A DNA stretch of 64,000 nucleotides, taken from the NCBI GenBank assembly GCA_963662405.2, contig CAXXKT010000001.1, positions 2,688,001 to 2,752,000 on the forward strand, in the 5' to 3' direction. Shown here piece by piece: positions 50,079 to 60,467 of the stretch (positions are counted from its first letter, which is position 1; every line of letters begins with the position of its first letter). The notes under the pieces are model-generated. The model saw only the letters and a list, made by a program, of their open reading frames with translations, did not search any database and was not told the DNA's origin. The position numbers and the translations under genes are program-made. The stretch comes from Syntrophales bacterium (lineage in GTDB: Bacteria; Desulfobacterota; Syntrophia; Syntrophales; UBA2210).

Positions 50079-51454
50079 CAGGTATTTTCCTTACGGCCTT
50101 GCTCCAGGGCTTTTTTGAAATCGTGGTATATCGTTTTAGCTCTTGGCGATAGAAGATCGAAGTCGGTACCCTCGTTATCCTGCGTGTGTGCGTTTCGGTC
50201 TGTCCCTTCAAATGACAGGAGGGGTTGGTCGATCAGACCCTTTTCCTGTCCCAGTTTCATAAGACGGGCTTTTAGGCGTGGATATTTATTGACCTGCCCA
50301 AGAAGCCTCAATCGCAAGGGGTCTCTTTGTATCGCAAAAGCCATGGCTTTGACTACCATCCAGGAGGCAAATCGGGCAGGTAAACGCATCACCCACCGTA
50401 CAAGCGATACAGGAAGTCTGCATATCATTTTAGCGACATCCAGGAGTTTTCTGAGTGGCCAGGTAATTCGCCATGACCAACTTGCATATACAGCCTGGAG
50501 GGAAATGTCGGCTTGTGCGGCACGGTGCTCTGCCTGGACGGCCCGAGACTCGGCTTGTGTGGCATGGTGCTCTGCCTGGACGGCCCGAGACTCGGCTTGT
50601 GTGGCATGGTGCTCTGCCTGGACGGCCCGAGATTCGGCTTGTGTGGCGCGTGACGTTGCTTCGCGGGCGAGAGTTTGCGCTTCAGTTGTTTTTATGTTGA
50701 TATTGTGCAGGATGGATTGATCATATTGGTTTGAAAGTACTTCAAGTTCCATCCCATGCTCTTTCTCGAATGCATGATCAAACTTGGCAAGTGCCTCGGG
50801 AGAAGCTGTCTTTTGCGCTATAACAGCGTAATCCGGACTCACGCCGGTGATGACATTGTGCAACCTTTGATGATCGCTGTTTATAACATTGTCCGGTTCG
50901 TGCAGCCGTAATACTTTGGCTCTTTCAAAGCCATGGTACTCAGGAAGGAAGGATAATAATTCTGGTGGTATAGGCCTATTGTGGGTTGGATCCAGATAAA
51001 AATACTTGGTTGCAACCATGATATTTTCGGGATTGGGCGTTTCCATGATAAGAAGGCCCCCTGGTTTCAAAATCCTCAATGCCTCGGCAACAACAACATT
51101 AAGATCGTCAAAAGACAGATGCTCCGCCACATGAAAGGCGCTGATGATCGTATGGCTATCATTCTCAAGTGTCTTGATAAACGCAACTGCGTCTCCTTTT
51201 GCAGCGGGGAGTTTTTTCTCGTGGCAATCCGCCAGCATTCCCTCATCAATATCAATGCCATAGGCGTCAAATCCCGATTCGGTCATTAATTCAAGCCATT
51301 CCCCACGACCGCAGCCAATGTCGAATATCTTGAGTTTAGCGTCCGTCTGTTTGAAGGGTTCCGAAAAGGGCAGATATACGCGCAGACGATCTTTTATTAC
51401 TTCTCGCGAGCCACGAAACCGATCTTCAAATGCTTTATAAAAACCAGTTTTCAT
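50078..51454 (-). CDS. wbdD: O8-type WbdD-like chain-terminating methyltransferase with coiled coil
   Basis: FEDRFRGS, DIGCGRGEW, ETPNPEN, FYLDPTH; coiled-coil repeats; located between wzt and wbdA. Confidence 0.8.
   Translation of the reverse strand: MKTGFYKAFEDRFRGSREVIKDRLRVYLPFSEPFKQTDAKLKIFDIGCGRGEWLELMTESGFDAYGIDIDEGMLADCHEKKLPAAKGDAVAFIKTLENDSHTIISAFHVAEHLSFDDLNVVVAEALRILKPGGLLIMETPNPENIMVATKYFYLDPTHNRPIPPELLSFLPEYHGFERAKVLRLHEPDNVINSDHQRLHNVITGVSPDYAVIAQKTASPEALAKFDHAFEKEHGMELEVLSNQYDQSILHNINIKTTEAQTLAREATSRATQAESRAVQAEHHATQAESRAVQAEHHATQAESRAVQAEHRAAQADISLQAVYASWSWRITWPLRKLLDVAKMICRLPVSLVRWVMRLPARFASWMVVKAMAFAIQRDPLRLRLLGQVNKYPRLKARLMKLGQEKGLIDQPLLSFEGTDRNAHTQDNEGTDFDLLSPRAKTIYHDFKKALEQGRKENT
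50508..50647 (-). repeat. 42-bp coding tandem repeat, about 3.3 copies (ATQAESRAVQAEHH)
   Basis: Units start at 50508, 50550, 50592 and 50634 on the plus strand and are nearly identical. Confidence 0.95.
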
Positions 51455-52671
51455 ATTGTTTTAATCTCTATCTCCGGTTCAAGCCAGTGGTTGCCTTCGA
51501 AGTGAGTCTTGTCGACGTTTATTACGTTAAACACCAGCGCGAGGTTGAGCCACTCGTAATTCGCGGTCAAATGGGTGTCGCGGTCGTGCAAGGCGACCTG
51601 GACCGAGTAGCTGCCAACCCCGAGATCGGCAGAAAAAGAAACAGTAAACAGATACCGGTTTCCCGCCTGCGGATCATGAATCACCTGTTTGGTGTGCCAG
51701 GTATTGGTGCCATACATGACCTGGCCGAGACGGTCTTTAATGCCGTAACCAAACACAAGGGTTCCCAATGCCTTTAACACCCTTACTTTAACCCGAAGCT
51801 CAACGGGTTCTCCCACCGTGATGAATTCTACTGTTTCACCCTTCGCATTGTAAAGAGCGATTTCTTCCACCATCGCCTCTCCAGTGCCGGAGTGCGTTTG
51901 AACTCGTCCGGTTTCAAGCTGTTTTACTTCAACCGTACTATTTTCTTTCTCGGCGATAAGTGCATTGTAAAAGTCCATTACTGCTTCGGGGGCGCCGTCT
52001 TTAATCACAATACCGTTTTCAAGAAGGATCGCCCGGTTGCAGAGGTTTTGGATAGCGCCCCGATCGTGGGAGACGAACAGGAGGGTCGTGCCCTCTTCTT
52101 TGAATTCACGGATTCGAGAAAAGCTTTTATGCTGAAAGTATGCGTCACCGACAGACAGTGCTTCATCCACGATTAGAATTTCAGGTCGAACGCAGGTAGC
52201 CACAGCGAAGGCGACTCGGATTTGCATCCCCGTGGAATAGGTGCGAATAGGTTGATCGAAATAGTCGCCCACCTCGGCAAATGCCTCGATTTCATCTATC
52301 TTGCCGTTTATTTCGGACAGATTCAACCCGGCCAGTTGGGCACCCATATACGCGTTCTGCCGGCCGGTAAATTCCGGGTGGAATCCCATGCCCAGCTCCA
52401 GCAGGGCGGAGATGCGACCGTCGATTTCCACGGTCCCGGTCGTGGGCTTGGTGGTGCCCGTGATGATTTTGAGGAGAGTGCTTTTCCCGGCGCCGTTTAC
52501 TCCCACGATACCGACGGATTCTCCCTGCTTTACGTCAAAGGTGATATTTTGTAGTACCCACCGCGGCTCATGGTGGATACCGAAGGATAACCATTCAGCG
52601 AGACGGCCGTATTTACGGGAATATCGCTTGTAGGCCTTGCCGATACTGTGAACGCGAAGATGATAATTCAT
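51451..52671 (-). CDS. wzt: Polysaccharide ABC exporter ATPase with C-terminal carbohydrate-binding domain
   Basis: GVNGAGKST, YSTGM, DEALSVGD and a Wzt_C-type extension. Confidence 0.95.
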   Translation of the reverse strand: MNYHLRVHSIGKAYKRYSRKYGRLAEWLSFGIHHEPRWVLQNITFDVKQGESVGIVGVNGAGKSTLLKIITGTTKPTTGTVEIDGRISALLELGMGFHPEFTGRQNAYMGAQLAGLNLSEINGKIDEIEAFAEVGDYFDQPIRTYSTGMQIRVAFAVATCVRPEILIVDEALSVGDAYFQHKSFSRIREFKEEGTTLLFVSHDRGAIQNLCNRAILLENGIVIKDGAPEAVMDFYNALIAEKENSTVEVKQLETGRVQTHSGTGEAMVEEIALYNAKGETVEFITVGEPVELRVKVRVLKALGTLVFGYGIKDRLGQVMYGTNTWHTKQVIHDPQAGNRYLFTVSFSADLGVGSYSVQVALHDRDTHLTANYEWLNLALVFNVINVDKTHFEGNHWLEPEIEIKTI

Positions 52672-52677
52672 AAGAAC

Positions 52678-53478
52678 CTATAATTCATCGACTATTTCAC
52701 CTTGAAGCTTGTAAAAGGCAAAGATTCCCAGAAAGATAAAGATAAGCGATAGCAGTAGCGGGTAGATGAGATTTGCCCAGTCAGGGAACCGATGCTCGAG
52801 AAAAATTCCCTGGTAGGCATGAATCAGGGGCCAGAGTGGATTCAGGTCGAGGATTCTCTGGGCGGTTTCCGGCAGGGTAGGGGCCACATAGACTATGGGG
52901 GTCAGCCAGAACCAGAACTGCAGAACGACCTGGACCAGCTGCTGGACATCCCGGTAAAAGACGTTAATGGTGGCGAGGAACATTCCCAGCCCGATGGTAA
53001 ACAGCAATTGAATCATAAGCACCGGCAGGGCTGACAGGACAACCCAACCCGGGAAAGACGATGTAATAATGAGAAACAGCACAAAAAGAGACAGGATAAT
53101 GGCAAAATTCAATAAACTGGATATGAGAACAATAATGGGAAGACACAGCTTCGGGAGATTGATCTTTTTGAGCAGATTCGCGCTTTCCACGAAGATATTC
53201 ACACTGCGGCCCAGCATTTCGGCAAACAGTCCATACGTCAGTACGCCGGAGCAGAGATAGATGGAGTAGGCGAATTTCGAATCGTGGGCGGGCATGCCGG
53301 GACGCATGATATTGGCAAAGATGACGGTGAATATAACAATCGTTGCCAGGGGCTGGGCCACCAGCCAGAAAGGTCCAAATTGAGTGCCGGTCCAGCGGGA
53401 TTGGAACTCGCGTTTGACCGAACTCCACATCATGCCTCTGAAGGACCATACATCTCTGAGCATTTGAATGCTAATCAT
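52678..53478 (-). CDS. wzm: Polysaccharide ABC exporter permease
   Basis: FYRDV...WFWLTPIVY, LNP and terminal IVDEL. Confidence 0.95.
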   Translation of the reverse strand: MISIQMLRDVWSFRGMMWSSVKREFQSRWTGTQFGPFWLVAQPLATIVIFTVIFANIMRPGMPAHDSKFAYSIYLCSGVLTYGLFAEMLGRSVNIFVESANLLKKINLPKLCLPIIVLISSLLNFAIILSLFVLFLIITSSFPGWVVLSALPVLMIQLLFTIGLGMFLATINVFYRDVQQLVQVVLQFWFWLTPIVYVAPTLPETAQRILDLNPLWPLIHAYQGIFLEHRFPDWANLIYPLLLSLIFIFLGIFAFYKLQGEIVDEL

Positions 53479-53539
53479 ACCAAGGAGACCCCAGCCCGAA
53501 AAAACATTTGTAGAAAATAACTACCATGCGGTTTGTTAC

Positions 53540-54694
53540 CTACCACGATCTTCCGGATTTGTCACGAGCAACCCGGTCAAAAACCTCCAGCGTTTTCACG
53601 GCCGTTTTCCGCCAGGAGAACTGCCGTGACCGCTCAAAACCCCTCAGAATCATGGATTGCCGTGCGGTTGAATCCGTCAGTACCTGATCCAACTCGTGGG
53701 CAAGGGCGTCCACGTCTGTGGGATCGATCAAGACGGCGGCATCACCGGAAACCTCCGGCATACTGGCCGCGTTGGAACAGATTACCGGGCAACCGCATGC
53801 CATGGCCTCAAGGATGGGGAGTCCGAATCCCTCATAAAGACTGGGAAATACAAAAGCGGATGCTCCCGAGTACAGACAGGCAAGGGTCTCTTCGTCCACA
53901 TGTCCGGCGATGAATATCCTTTTGCGCAGATCGGGATCGATACGCCGCAGCCATTCTTTATCCCCCCAGCCGTACCAGCCAACCAGGATAAGGGGGACCT
54001 GTGTCTGTATCCTGGTGAGTGCCTTGATCAGCAACGAAAGATTCTTCCGCGGTTCCAGGGTTCCGACAAAGAGGATATACTCCTCAGGCCATCCCCGGTT
54101 TTGTAGTGTTTCCGTGACGTGCGGTTTTTCTCGAGGGGAAAATATGGGATCGGCCGCAAGATAGGTTGTTGTGACGAGATCGGGAGGTACCCCCGTTTCT
54201 TCAATGATTTCATTTCTGACATAGTCTGAAATAGTCAGGATATGAGAAGCGTAGGGAAGCCTCCGCTGAAAAAAAAGATCAAAAAACCAGAGACGTTCCC
54301 GGGGGTGCTCGTTCCGGTATTTGATAAGGGAAAGATCGTACATGGTGTAGACAACCGGAACATCTCTGAGGGCCGCCGGGAAAAAGGTCGTTTCGTGATA
54401 CACATCAACCGGCTGCTTTTTGCAACACCTCTGCAAGCGATTCTCGAAATAATACCAGTGGAGGGTGCGTAACCCCGTCACCACGGGATCAGGTAATCGC
54501 CAGACCATTTCTCTCGTTTTTGACCAGCCCGCTGATTCGGCCTGATCGGGCATATGGGAAGAGGTGAGGGGACCCGTGCAGTACGTCACAGAGGTGTTAG
54601 GCAGTTGCTGCAGCTCGTTGTAGAGGCAGCGCTCATATCGTGAAATGCCGGTAAGTAATCCGGCAAGGGGGATTCCGTTCGCGAGGATTTTCAT
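53540..54694 (-). CDS. GT4 glycosyltransferase (WbdB/mannosyltransferase-like)
   Basis: TGISRY, GTLEPRKN and PSLYEGFGLPILEAMACG. Confidence 0.92.
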   Translation of the reverse strand: MKILANGIPLAGLLTGISRYERCLYNELQQLPNTSVTYCTGPLTSSHMPDQAESAGWSKTREMVWRLPDPVVTGLRTLHWYYFENRLQRCCKKQPVDVYHETTFFPAALRDVPVVYTMYDLSLIKYRNEHPRERLWFFDLFFQRRLPYASHILTISDYVRNEIIEETGVPPDLVTTTYLAADPIFSPREKPHVTETLQNRGWPEEYILFVGTLEPRKNLSLLIKALTRIQTQVPLILVGWYGWGDKEWLRRIDPDLRKRIFIAGHVDEETLACLYSGASAFVFPSLYEGFGLPILEAMACGCPVICSNAASMPEVSGDAAVLIDPTDVDALAHELDQVLTDSTARQSMILRGFERSRQFSWRKTAVKTLEVFDRVARDKSGRSW

Positions 54695-54712
54695 TGTGAT
54701 GCCTGATGTAGT

Positions 54713-55612
54713 TTAATGTGTTGGACGGAAGGGTTTTAACCCTACGGCAACTCCCATGTTGCGGCTGTCGGTGGATATCCCTTCCAATTGAGGGTTCCAT
54801 GTCCGACTTACCTGAAATGTCAGGGCCGTTGAGTCTTTTAGTTCTTCGGGAGTGATGACAAGTTGTTTCCAACTATGATCACTGAAGGTTTCCCGTCTGA
54901 TCAGATCTCTATCGCTCATGATATCGACCGTAACCGGCTCTTGATCGATATCGGGATGGGCGCACAGGAGAAAAAGTGTTACACCTTTCTTAAATTCTCT
55001 TTGCACATTCAGAGAGGCCCGCATCCCGGTCCAGCGAAAGCGGGGCGGCAGGTCATCGGAAAACCGTCCGGTGGATTCCCAGGCATGAAACCCGACTCCC
55101 TCCACAGGCATAATCCTCAGAAAGGCCACCGGACTAACGGCGACGCCCAAATCTCGTGTATCTTTATTGATTCCCAGCTTGGATGGATTGAATGTCTTGC
55201 TGACCTTCATCTTCAGGGTCATGTCCCGACCCGCTATGCCGGGGAGGTAATAATAGAGAGGTCTGGACCCACTTTCCATAAAATGGACAGTATCCAATAA
55301 TGTCTCATTCATATAAATCGTGAGTTCAACCCCTCGTTCATCGATGTTATGTGGAGCCGCGTACACCGTCAGTCCCAGTATGTCGGTTTCAGCTCTTGTT
55401 GGCTGACATGCGGCCTTCCCGGTCCATCGCATTTTCCTTTTATCGTTTTTTCCTCCCCATTGTTCCCATCCATACAAGCCATACTCAAACGGAACTGGGC
55501 ATGCATTTTTCGTACAGTAATTGTACAGATGCCCGACGAAAACCACCAATACCATAAACAACAACAGCGGCTTTACAAAACGATTATATGGGGGTAAAAA
55601 CGGACAGGACAT
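54713..55612 (-). CDS. Membrane-anchored periplasmic protein with two internally repeated domains
   Basis: N-terminal TM; two G[LF][YH].WE...RWTG...NP...D.R.[LM]GVAV units. Start is ATG 55612 or TTG 55621. Confidence 0.75.
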   Translation of the reverse strand: MSCPFLPPYNRFVKPLLLFMVLVVFVGHLYNYCTKNACPVPFEYGLYGWEQWGGKNDKRKMRWTGKAACQPTRAETDILGLTVYAAPHNIDERGVELTIYMNETLLDTVHFMESGSRPLYYYLPGIAGRDMTLKMKVSKTFNPSKLGINKDTRDLGVAVSPVAFLRIMPVEGVGFHAWESTGRFSDDLPPRFRWTGMRASLNVQREFKKGVTLFLLCAHPDIDQEPVTVDIMSDRDLIRRETFSDHSWKQLVITPEELKDSTALTFQVSRTWNPQLEGISTDSRNMGVAVGLKPFRPTH

Positions 55613-55625
55613 GGAAAACAATCAC

Positions 55626-57122
55626 TCATGAAATCGGTTCGGTGTTGCTCACCGCTTTATACTGAATCGAAAGCATGGCTACAACAAACCAGAAGAGAAG
55701 TTGCTGTGGCGATAACAGCAGGGGATGACCGGTCACCATCGTAATCAGGTATGCGCCGAATCCAAAAAGAAGCCCCCTTCGTACGTTACGATAGCAGACG
55801 TCCTGCACGAATTGATGCAGCCCTGCTCGAAAAGCACAATAGATAATGATTAAGAACACAATCAGTGCCGGGATCCCCAAGTCAGCGGCAAACTGGAGGT
55901 AGTAGTTATGGGCATTCTCGCGCCTCTGGGGATGGGGGGTGTCGGAATAGTGATAGTACGGTGATATGCGACGGAAGGTCCCGATGCCACTTCCTGTCAA
56001 AGGGTATTCCCTTAAAATGCCAAGCGCCTGATCAGCACTCATATATCTGCCCGCCAAGGGACTTTTCGGACCAATGAGGTTTTTCACAAGGAGCCGCCTG
56101 GCATACCGCTGCATTGTGTAATGATCAGACTTCTCGATCAGAGAAGGGAATAGATTGAGAAGTAAGAAACAGGTGCCTATCACACCCAAAAAAACGATGC
56201 TTTTGCGTTTCCCAAACGTACATGCCAGAAAAATAGTCCCGATAATACAAAATGCCGCCACCGTCGCGATACTGCTTGATAAGAAAATAAGGAATGCAAG
56301 CATCACGGCAACCGCAGTGCCAATCATCCGCTGAAGCGGGCTCGTTGTTGTTCTCGATATCCCCCAGAACACGAAAAGGAGCACAACAACATAACTTCCC
56401 CATGAATGTGGATCATCAAAGGGAGAGAATAAGATCAAGCCCTTATGTTTTGCGGGAAGATTAAAAGCGGCCTGTATGAGATAAAAGACAAAAAGAATGA
56501 TGACATGGACAAGAAAAACGTATACAAACCTTTCCCATCTCTCCTCGTCTGCAGCTTCTAATTCCATGATTCTATACAGAAAGAGCCCCTGGAGAAGAAT
56601 AAAAGCAGCAAAAGGACCAAACATCGGATCGGTTTGCATCATTGATGGATAACACGACCACAAACGGTACAGGACATAATCCGGGGGATATTGAAGCATA
56701 ATTGCGATAAGAGATAAGACAACAACCGCCGATAGGACATCTATCATGTCACCAATAATGGACTGCGGTCGCATAGCTTGTCTACGATAAAAGAACCGTT
56801 TTGTAATCCAAGTCAGGTAAATACCGGCAAACCAGAAACTCAAAAAACACACCGGAAGCAAGCCCACCTGAAACAACCCGTTCACCAGCGGGATGCATGC
56901 GATAAAAACGAGGAGGCTCCACAGGATACTCCACCAACTGACCACGGCAATTCCCAAAATTCCGGCGGAACTTACAAGGAAAAGCCCCGAGGGAGCGTTG
57001 TAAAGATACGCCGAAATCAGCCAGAGGCACAGCACGCCGAAGCCAGTAAACGCGAAGTACCGGAGAATATCAAAGATACGATTCATCCTGCCATCAATAT
57101 GTCCTAAAGAATTTTTTTTCAC
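55626..57122 (-). CDS. O-antigen ligase/oligosaccharyltransferase family (Wzy_C)
   Basis: Polytopic; PLTGSGIGTF...NAHNYYLQFAADLG. Confidence 0.9.
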   Translation of the reverse strand: MKKNSLGHIDGRMNRIFDILRYFAFTGFGVLCLWLISAYLYNAPSGLFLVSSAGILGIAVVSWWSILWSLLVFIACIPLVNGLFQVGLLPVCFLSFWFAGIYLTWITKRFFYRRQAMRPQSIIGDMIDVLSAVVVLSLIAIMLQYPPDYVLYRLWSCYPSMMQTDPMFGPFAAFILLQGLFLYRIMELEAADEERWERFVYVFLVHVIILFVFYLIQAAFNLPAKHKGLILFSPFDDPHSWGSYVVVLLFVFWGISRTTTSPLQRMIGTAVAVMLAFLIFLSSSIATVAAFCIIGTIFLACTFGKRKSIVFLGVIGTCFLLLNLFPSLIEKSDHYTMQRYARRLLVKNLIGPKSPLAGRYMSADQALGILREYPLTGSGIGTFRRISPYYHYSDTPHPQRRENAHNYYLQFAADLGIPALIVFLIIIYCAFRAGLHQFVQDVCYRNVRRGLLFGFGAYLITMVTGHPLLLSPQQLLFWFVVAMLSIQYKAVSNTEPIS

Positions 57123-57184
57123 TATCCTAAGGGCTCATGAGCTCAACAGCTCAATCACTCCTCAACCCTCAATCTCTCAATCTT

Positions 57185-59158
57185 TTACCCACTCCTCGCC
57201 CCCTTGAAAACAATATTTCCCACCGCCTTCCAGAAATAGACCCACTGTGTCTTGACCGGATGCGTCAGGTAGGCGTCGATATACCGCCTCTCAGACTCAC
57301 ATATTTCATCAAAAGTCTTGGGCAGATCCGCATAGAAGGGAGGAATGAGTCCCGGAAGAACGCTTTTCCGCAATTCACGGAGATCATCAGGGTACATGTT
57401 GAAATACTGATAACTCAAAGGTCTAACTCCAACAAGATTGAGATCTCCCCGTATCCAGTTATAAAGCATGGGCAGTTCATCCAGCCATGTCTTTCTCATC
57501 AACCGGCCCAGAGCTGTAACGCGAAAATCGTCCCGGAATTTCCCGCCCCGCTGCAACCTGTTTTTGTCGAACACATAGCCCTGGAGATATTCGGAATAGG
57601 GGTGCATAGTCCTGAATTTATAGACTACTATATTGCGTCCCCCCGCACCGATCCGGTTGAGTCTGACAAGGGGGCCATAGGAAGGGTTTTCATCGACCGA
57701 AGAGGTCTTCATTTTCTGTGCTATAAAATACAGTTCATTCCCGATCTCCCGTTCCGCGACTATCGAAAAACCGCAGAAGCAGAGGCGGCCCAGTGCCTCT
57801 GCCCGTGAAATAGCCCGGTTCTTCCCCTTCGTTAGCGCGAAATATATCTTTTTTGTCACTGGAAGCTTAGGTAAGAGTCGTCGAAAGAAAAAATCGATAG
57901 AATAGAGAATATACCTGAAATTTTTGGGATATTTCTTGAAGAAGTATTTGTGGTGCAGTGCAATGGTATGCACTTTCCCGACAAAATACCCGCCGGGAAG
58001 AATGATCCTGTGGGCTTCCAGAAAATAGCGGTTCAACCACCGGATATTATTGATACGCATAGTGTTGATTAATAGACGTGTCGGATGTTCATCGAGGATT
58101 GCCAGGCGTATCCGCTCCCTGCTGTGCGCGATTGTCGATTCCGCCCTGACAATATGGGACAGATCCACCTTCTCATCAAGAAAGTCAAAGACCTCCGGCA
58201 CGTCGGAAAACGCCTCCCGCAAGGTATCCCTCACGGGGCTCGTGAGGCGGGCACGCAATGTATCGATATCGACATCGAGTGGAAGGTCTTCCTGCCGGAT
58301 AGATGCCGTCACTTCCTCGATCGATTCAATATCTTTCCCATTATTGTCATTTCTGCTGAGGGTGTAATAGATAAGATACAGAACAGATTCGCCGATGAAA
58401 AGAAGAGTAAAAAATCCGAATACCTGCAATCTCGAATAATAAAACAACCTGAATGCGAAGATGAGAACCGCCATGGTCGCCGCCATGAAGGCGACCGCCT
58501 TTACCCACTGCGCCATGGCGTAGAAATAATTTCGATACCGGCTATCGAATTTCCTGGTTATAAGAGCGGTGGCAAACCACAGACCATAGACGAGAAGAAG
58601 GAGCCCCTCGTAGCGGGATGACAGGTTAAGCGTCCCTCTTTTTAAATAATTCATTATAAAAAAGATACCAGTGACCAGGAGGAAATCACCAACCGACAAA
58701 ACAAGGATCGCCCCGAGCCCCGGTCTCGCCCGAGACGCGGTGAAATCGGTCCCCGTTTCAGCTCCTCTTGTCTGGTGAAGCATGCGATACCAGATCGAAA
58801 AAACAATCAACTCCCCCATAAAAAAAAGACCGCAGGTCCCGAAGACCTGCAGCCTCGAATATCCGTGGAGCCCCAGCAGATACACCATGAGGGCCACGCA
58901 GTAGAGGATATATATCGTCGATCGCCCCAACAGAAACACCAACGCCTGATACCCTTTATGAAAGTCGAACCGAAATTTGTCCGTAAAGAGCGAAACAAAT
59001 AGCCATATGCAATAAATTGCGATTAACAGTTTTGCGTACAGGGGAGAAAGCTCGAACGTCCCCCGTTTCCAATAATTCATTCCGAAGAACGCGATATTCA
59101 GCAGGACAAAATCGATAAGAACAAAATAAAAATGGGAAAGATAACCTTTCCTCACCAT
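57185..59158 (-). CDS. Priming phosphoglycosyl transferase (Bac_transf) with extended N-terminal membrane region
   Basis: YKFRTM, DFRVT..GR.MRK.WLDELP, LVGVRP; duplicated 4-TM N-terminal units. Confidence 0.9.
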   Translation of the reverse strand: MVRKGYLSHFYFVLIDFVLLNIAFFGMNYWKRGTFELSPLYAKLLIAIYCIWLFVSLFTDKFRFDFHKGYQALVFLLGRSTIYILYCVALMVYLLGLHGYSRLQVFGTCGLFFMGELIVFSIWYRMLHQTRGAETGTDFTASRARPGLGAILVLSVGDFLLVTGIFFIMNYLKRGTLNLSSRYEGLLLLVYGLWFATALITRKFDSRYRNYFYAMAQWVKAVAFMAATMAVLIFAFRLFYYSRLQVFGFFTLLFIGESVLYLIYYTLSRNDNNGKDIESIEEVTASIRQEDLPLDVDIDTLRARLTSPVRDTLREAFSDVPEVFDFLDEKVDLSHIVRAESTIAHSRERIRLAILDEHPTRLLINTMRINNIRWLNRYFLEAHRIILPGGYFVGKVHTIALHHKYFFKKYPKNFRYILYSIDFFFRRLLPKLPVTKKIYFALTKGKNRAISRAEALGRLCFCGFSIVAEREIGNELYFIAQKMKTSSVDENPSYGPLVRLNRIGAGGRNIVVYKFRTMHPYSEYLQGYVFDKNRLQRGGKFRDDFRVTALGRLMRKTWLDELPMLYNWIRGDLNLVGVRPLSYQYFNMYPDDLRELRKSVLPGLIPPFYADLPKTFDEICESERRYIDAYLTHPVKTQWVYFWKAVGNIVFKGARSG

Positions 59159-59269
59159 AAACTCCCCATAGTTTCTACGTTAATTCCTCACACCCTTTTT
59201 CATTTTCTCATCAGATCAAGAGTTTATCAGCTTTTTCACTCTTCACATAATCTCCAAATTCCCATAAGT

Positions 59270-60367
59270 TCAACTCCGAAACCGGTATTGATACTCAGGG
59301 TCCTCTTGCATTGTTTTCACACTCTCTGGATAATTTTCAACAAACCAGGTCATAAATTGAGCTACGTCGATTTTTTCCTCCAGCATTTTGTCTTTCCGTA
59401 TAGAAAAAATCTCTTTTATATTTTCTGTGGAGACAAGTTCACGAACTGTTTCAAGCAATTGTTCTGATTGATTCGGCTTGATGCCGAACCCTAGTTCGTA
59501 GGTGTCCTCAATCTCTGCCAAATATCCGATTCTTCCAACGAAGTCATTAACCCGAACGAAGGGTGTGCCCAAAACCCCTGCCTCTGCTGCCATTGTCTGG
59601 CTGTCTCCTATATAAAGAGAGGCAAAGGCTATGACATGATGGATATCTAAAGGATCAATGACCAAACGGTAGGGCTCGAGCTCAGGAGGCAGATCTCTTT
59701 CACTTGTAATATATACCTTTCCCCGTGGTGAGAGTATGTCTATCAATTTCATTGCAAGAGCATTGTTGATTCCTTGTATTCCCTTATCGTGATGGGCCGT
59801 GAGTTTGGCAAAGCGGATTAGAAAAAAGGGGTCACTGGTATTGAAGTAGGATTCAACAATATCACGTGACGGGTCAAAATGATTTGGGTGTAGGTATGAT
59901 AGCTCGTGGTAGCCTTCATATTTAATGGACTTGCTTTCCCACTTGCCATTATTACATACCCGTGGCGACAAAATATGAGAGCACCAAGGATAACTTGTCA
60001 GAGAAAACATTGGGACAACAGAGGTATCATCTTCATTGACAATGATTGATGGTATTTTCAGCAGGGTCCCAACGTGCCCGATTTCCACGGAGGTACCCAT
60101 GAGTAAATCCGGTCGCTTTGACAAACAATAATGGAAGAGCTTCCCCTCACGCTTTATGGCACCCCAAGCCATCCCTGCCTTGGTGTCTTTACGGCCTTTA
60201 GGTAAAAGGTTTTGATAAAGGATGTTGCTCCGTCCGAGCAAATCCTCAAGAATATCTTTTTTCTTGATCAAAATAGAAACATGATGCCCATTTGTTTGAA
60301 GATTTCTAATGATATTCTTGAACAAATGAAAGTGAGCCGGGTGTCCAAGATATATAAGATAATTCAT
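59270..60367 (-). CDS. DUF354 family (GT-B-like) protein
   Basis: HPAHFHLFK, GYHELSYLHP and GDSQTMAAEAGVLGTP. Confidence 0.85.
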   Translation of the reverse strand: MNYLIYLGHPAHFHLFKNIIRNLQTNGHHVSILIKKKDILEDLLGRSNILYQNLLPKGRKDTKAGMAWGAIKREGKLFHYCLSKRPDLLMGTSVEIGHVGTLLKIPSIIVNEDDTSVVPMFSLTSYPWCSHILSPRVCNNGKWESKSIKYEGYHELSYLHPNHFDPSRDIVESYFNTSDPFFLIRFAKLTAHHDKGIQGINNALAMKLIDILSPRGKVYITSERDLPPELEPYRLVIDPLDIHHVIAFASLYIGDSQTMAAEAGVLGTPFVRVNDFVGRIGYLAEIEDTYELGFGIKPNQSEQLLETVRELVSTENIKEIFSIRKDKMLEEKIDVAQFMTWFVENYPESVKTMQEDPEYQYRFRS

Positions 60368-60467
60368 GATTCGGCGATAATCTTGATTTTAATGGCAAAA
60401 CAATTTGAATTTTATATTTTGCTTAATAGAATTGATGCTATTCATTCCATAATCAATCAAAATATTA

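Noticed and set aside
50508..50647. Possible CRISPR array
   Set aside because: Contiguous in-frame coding repeats with no unique spacers, and no cas genes in the window.
57137..57184. CTCAA-rich low-complexity spacer and the plus-strand ORF 57137-57808
   Set aside because: Degenerate short repeats only; the ORF is antisense to the sugar transferase.
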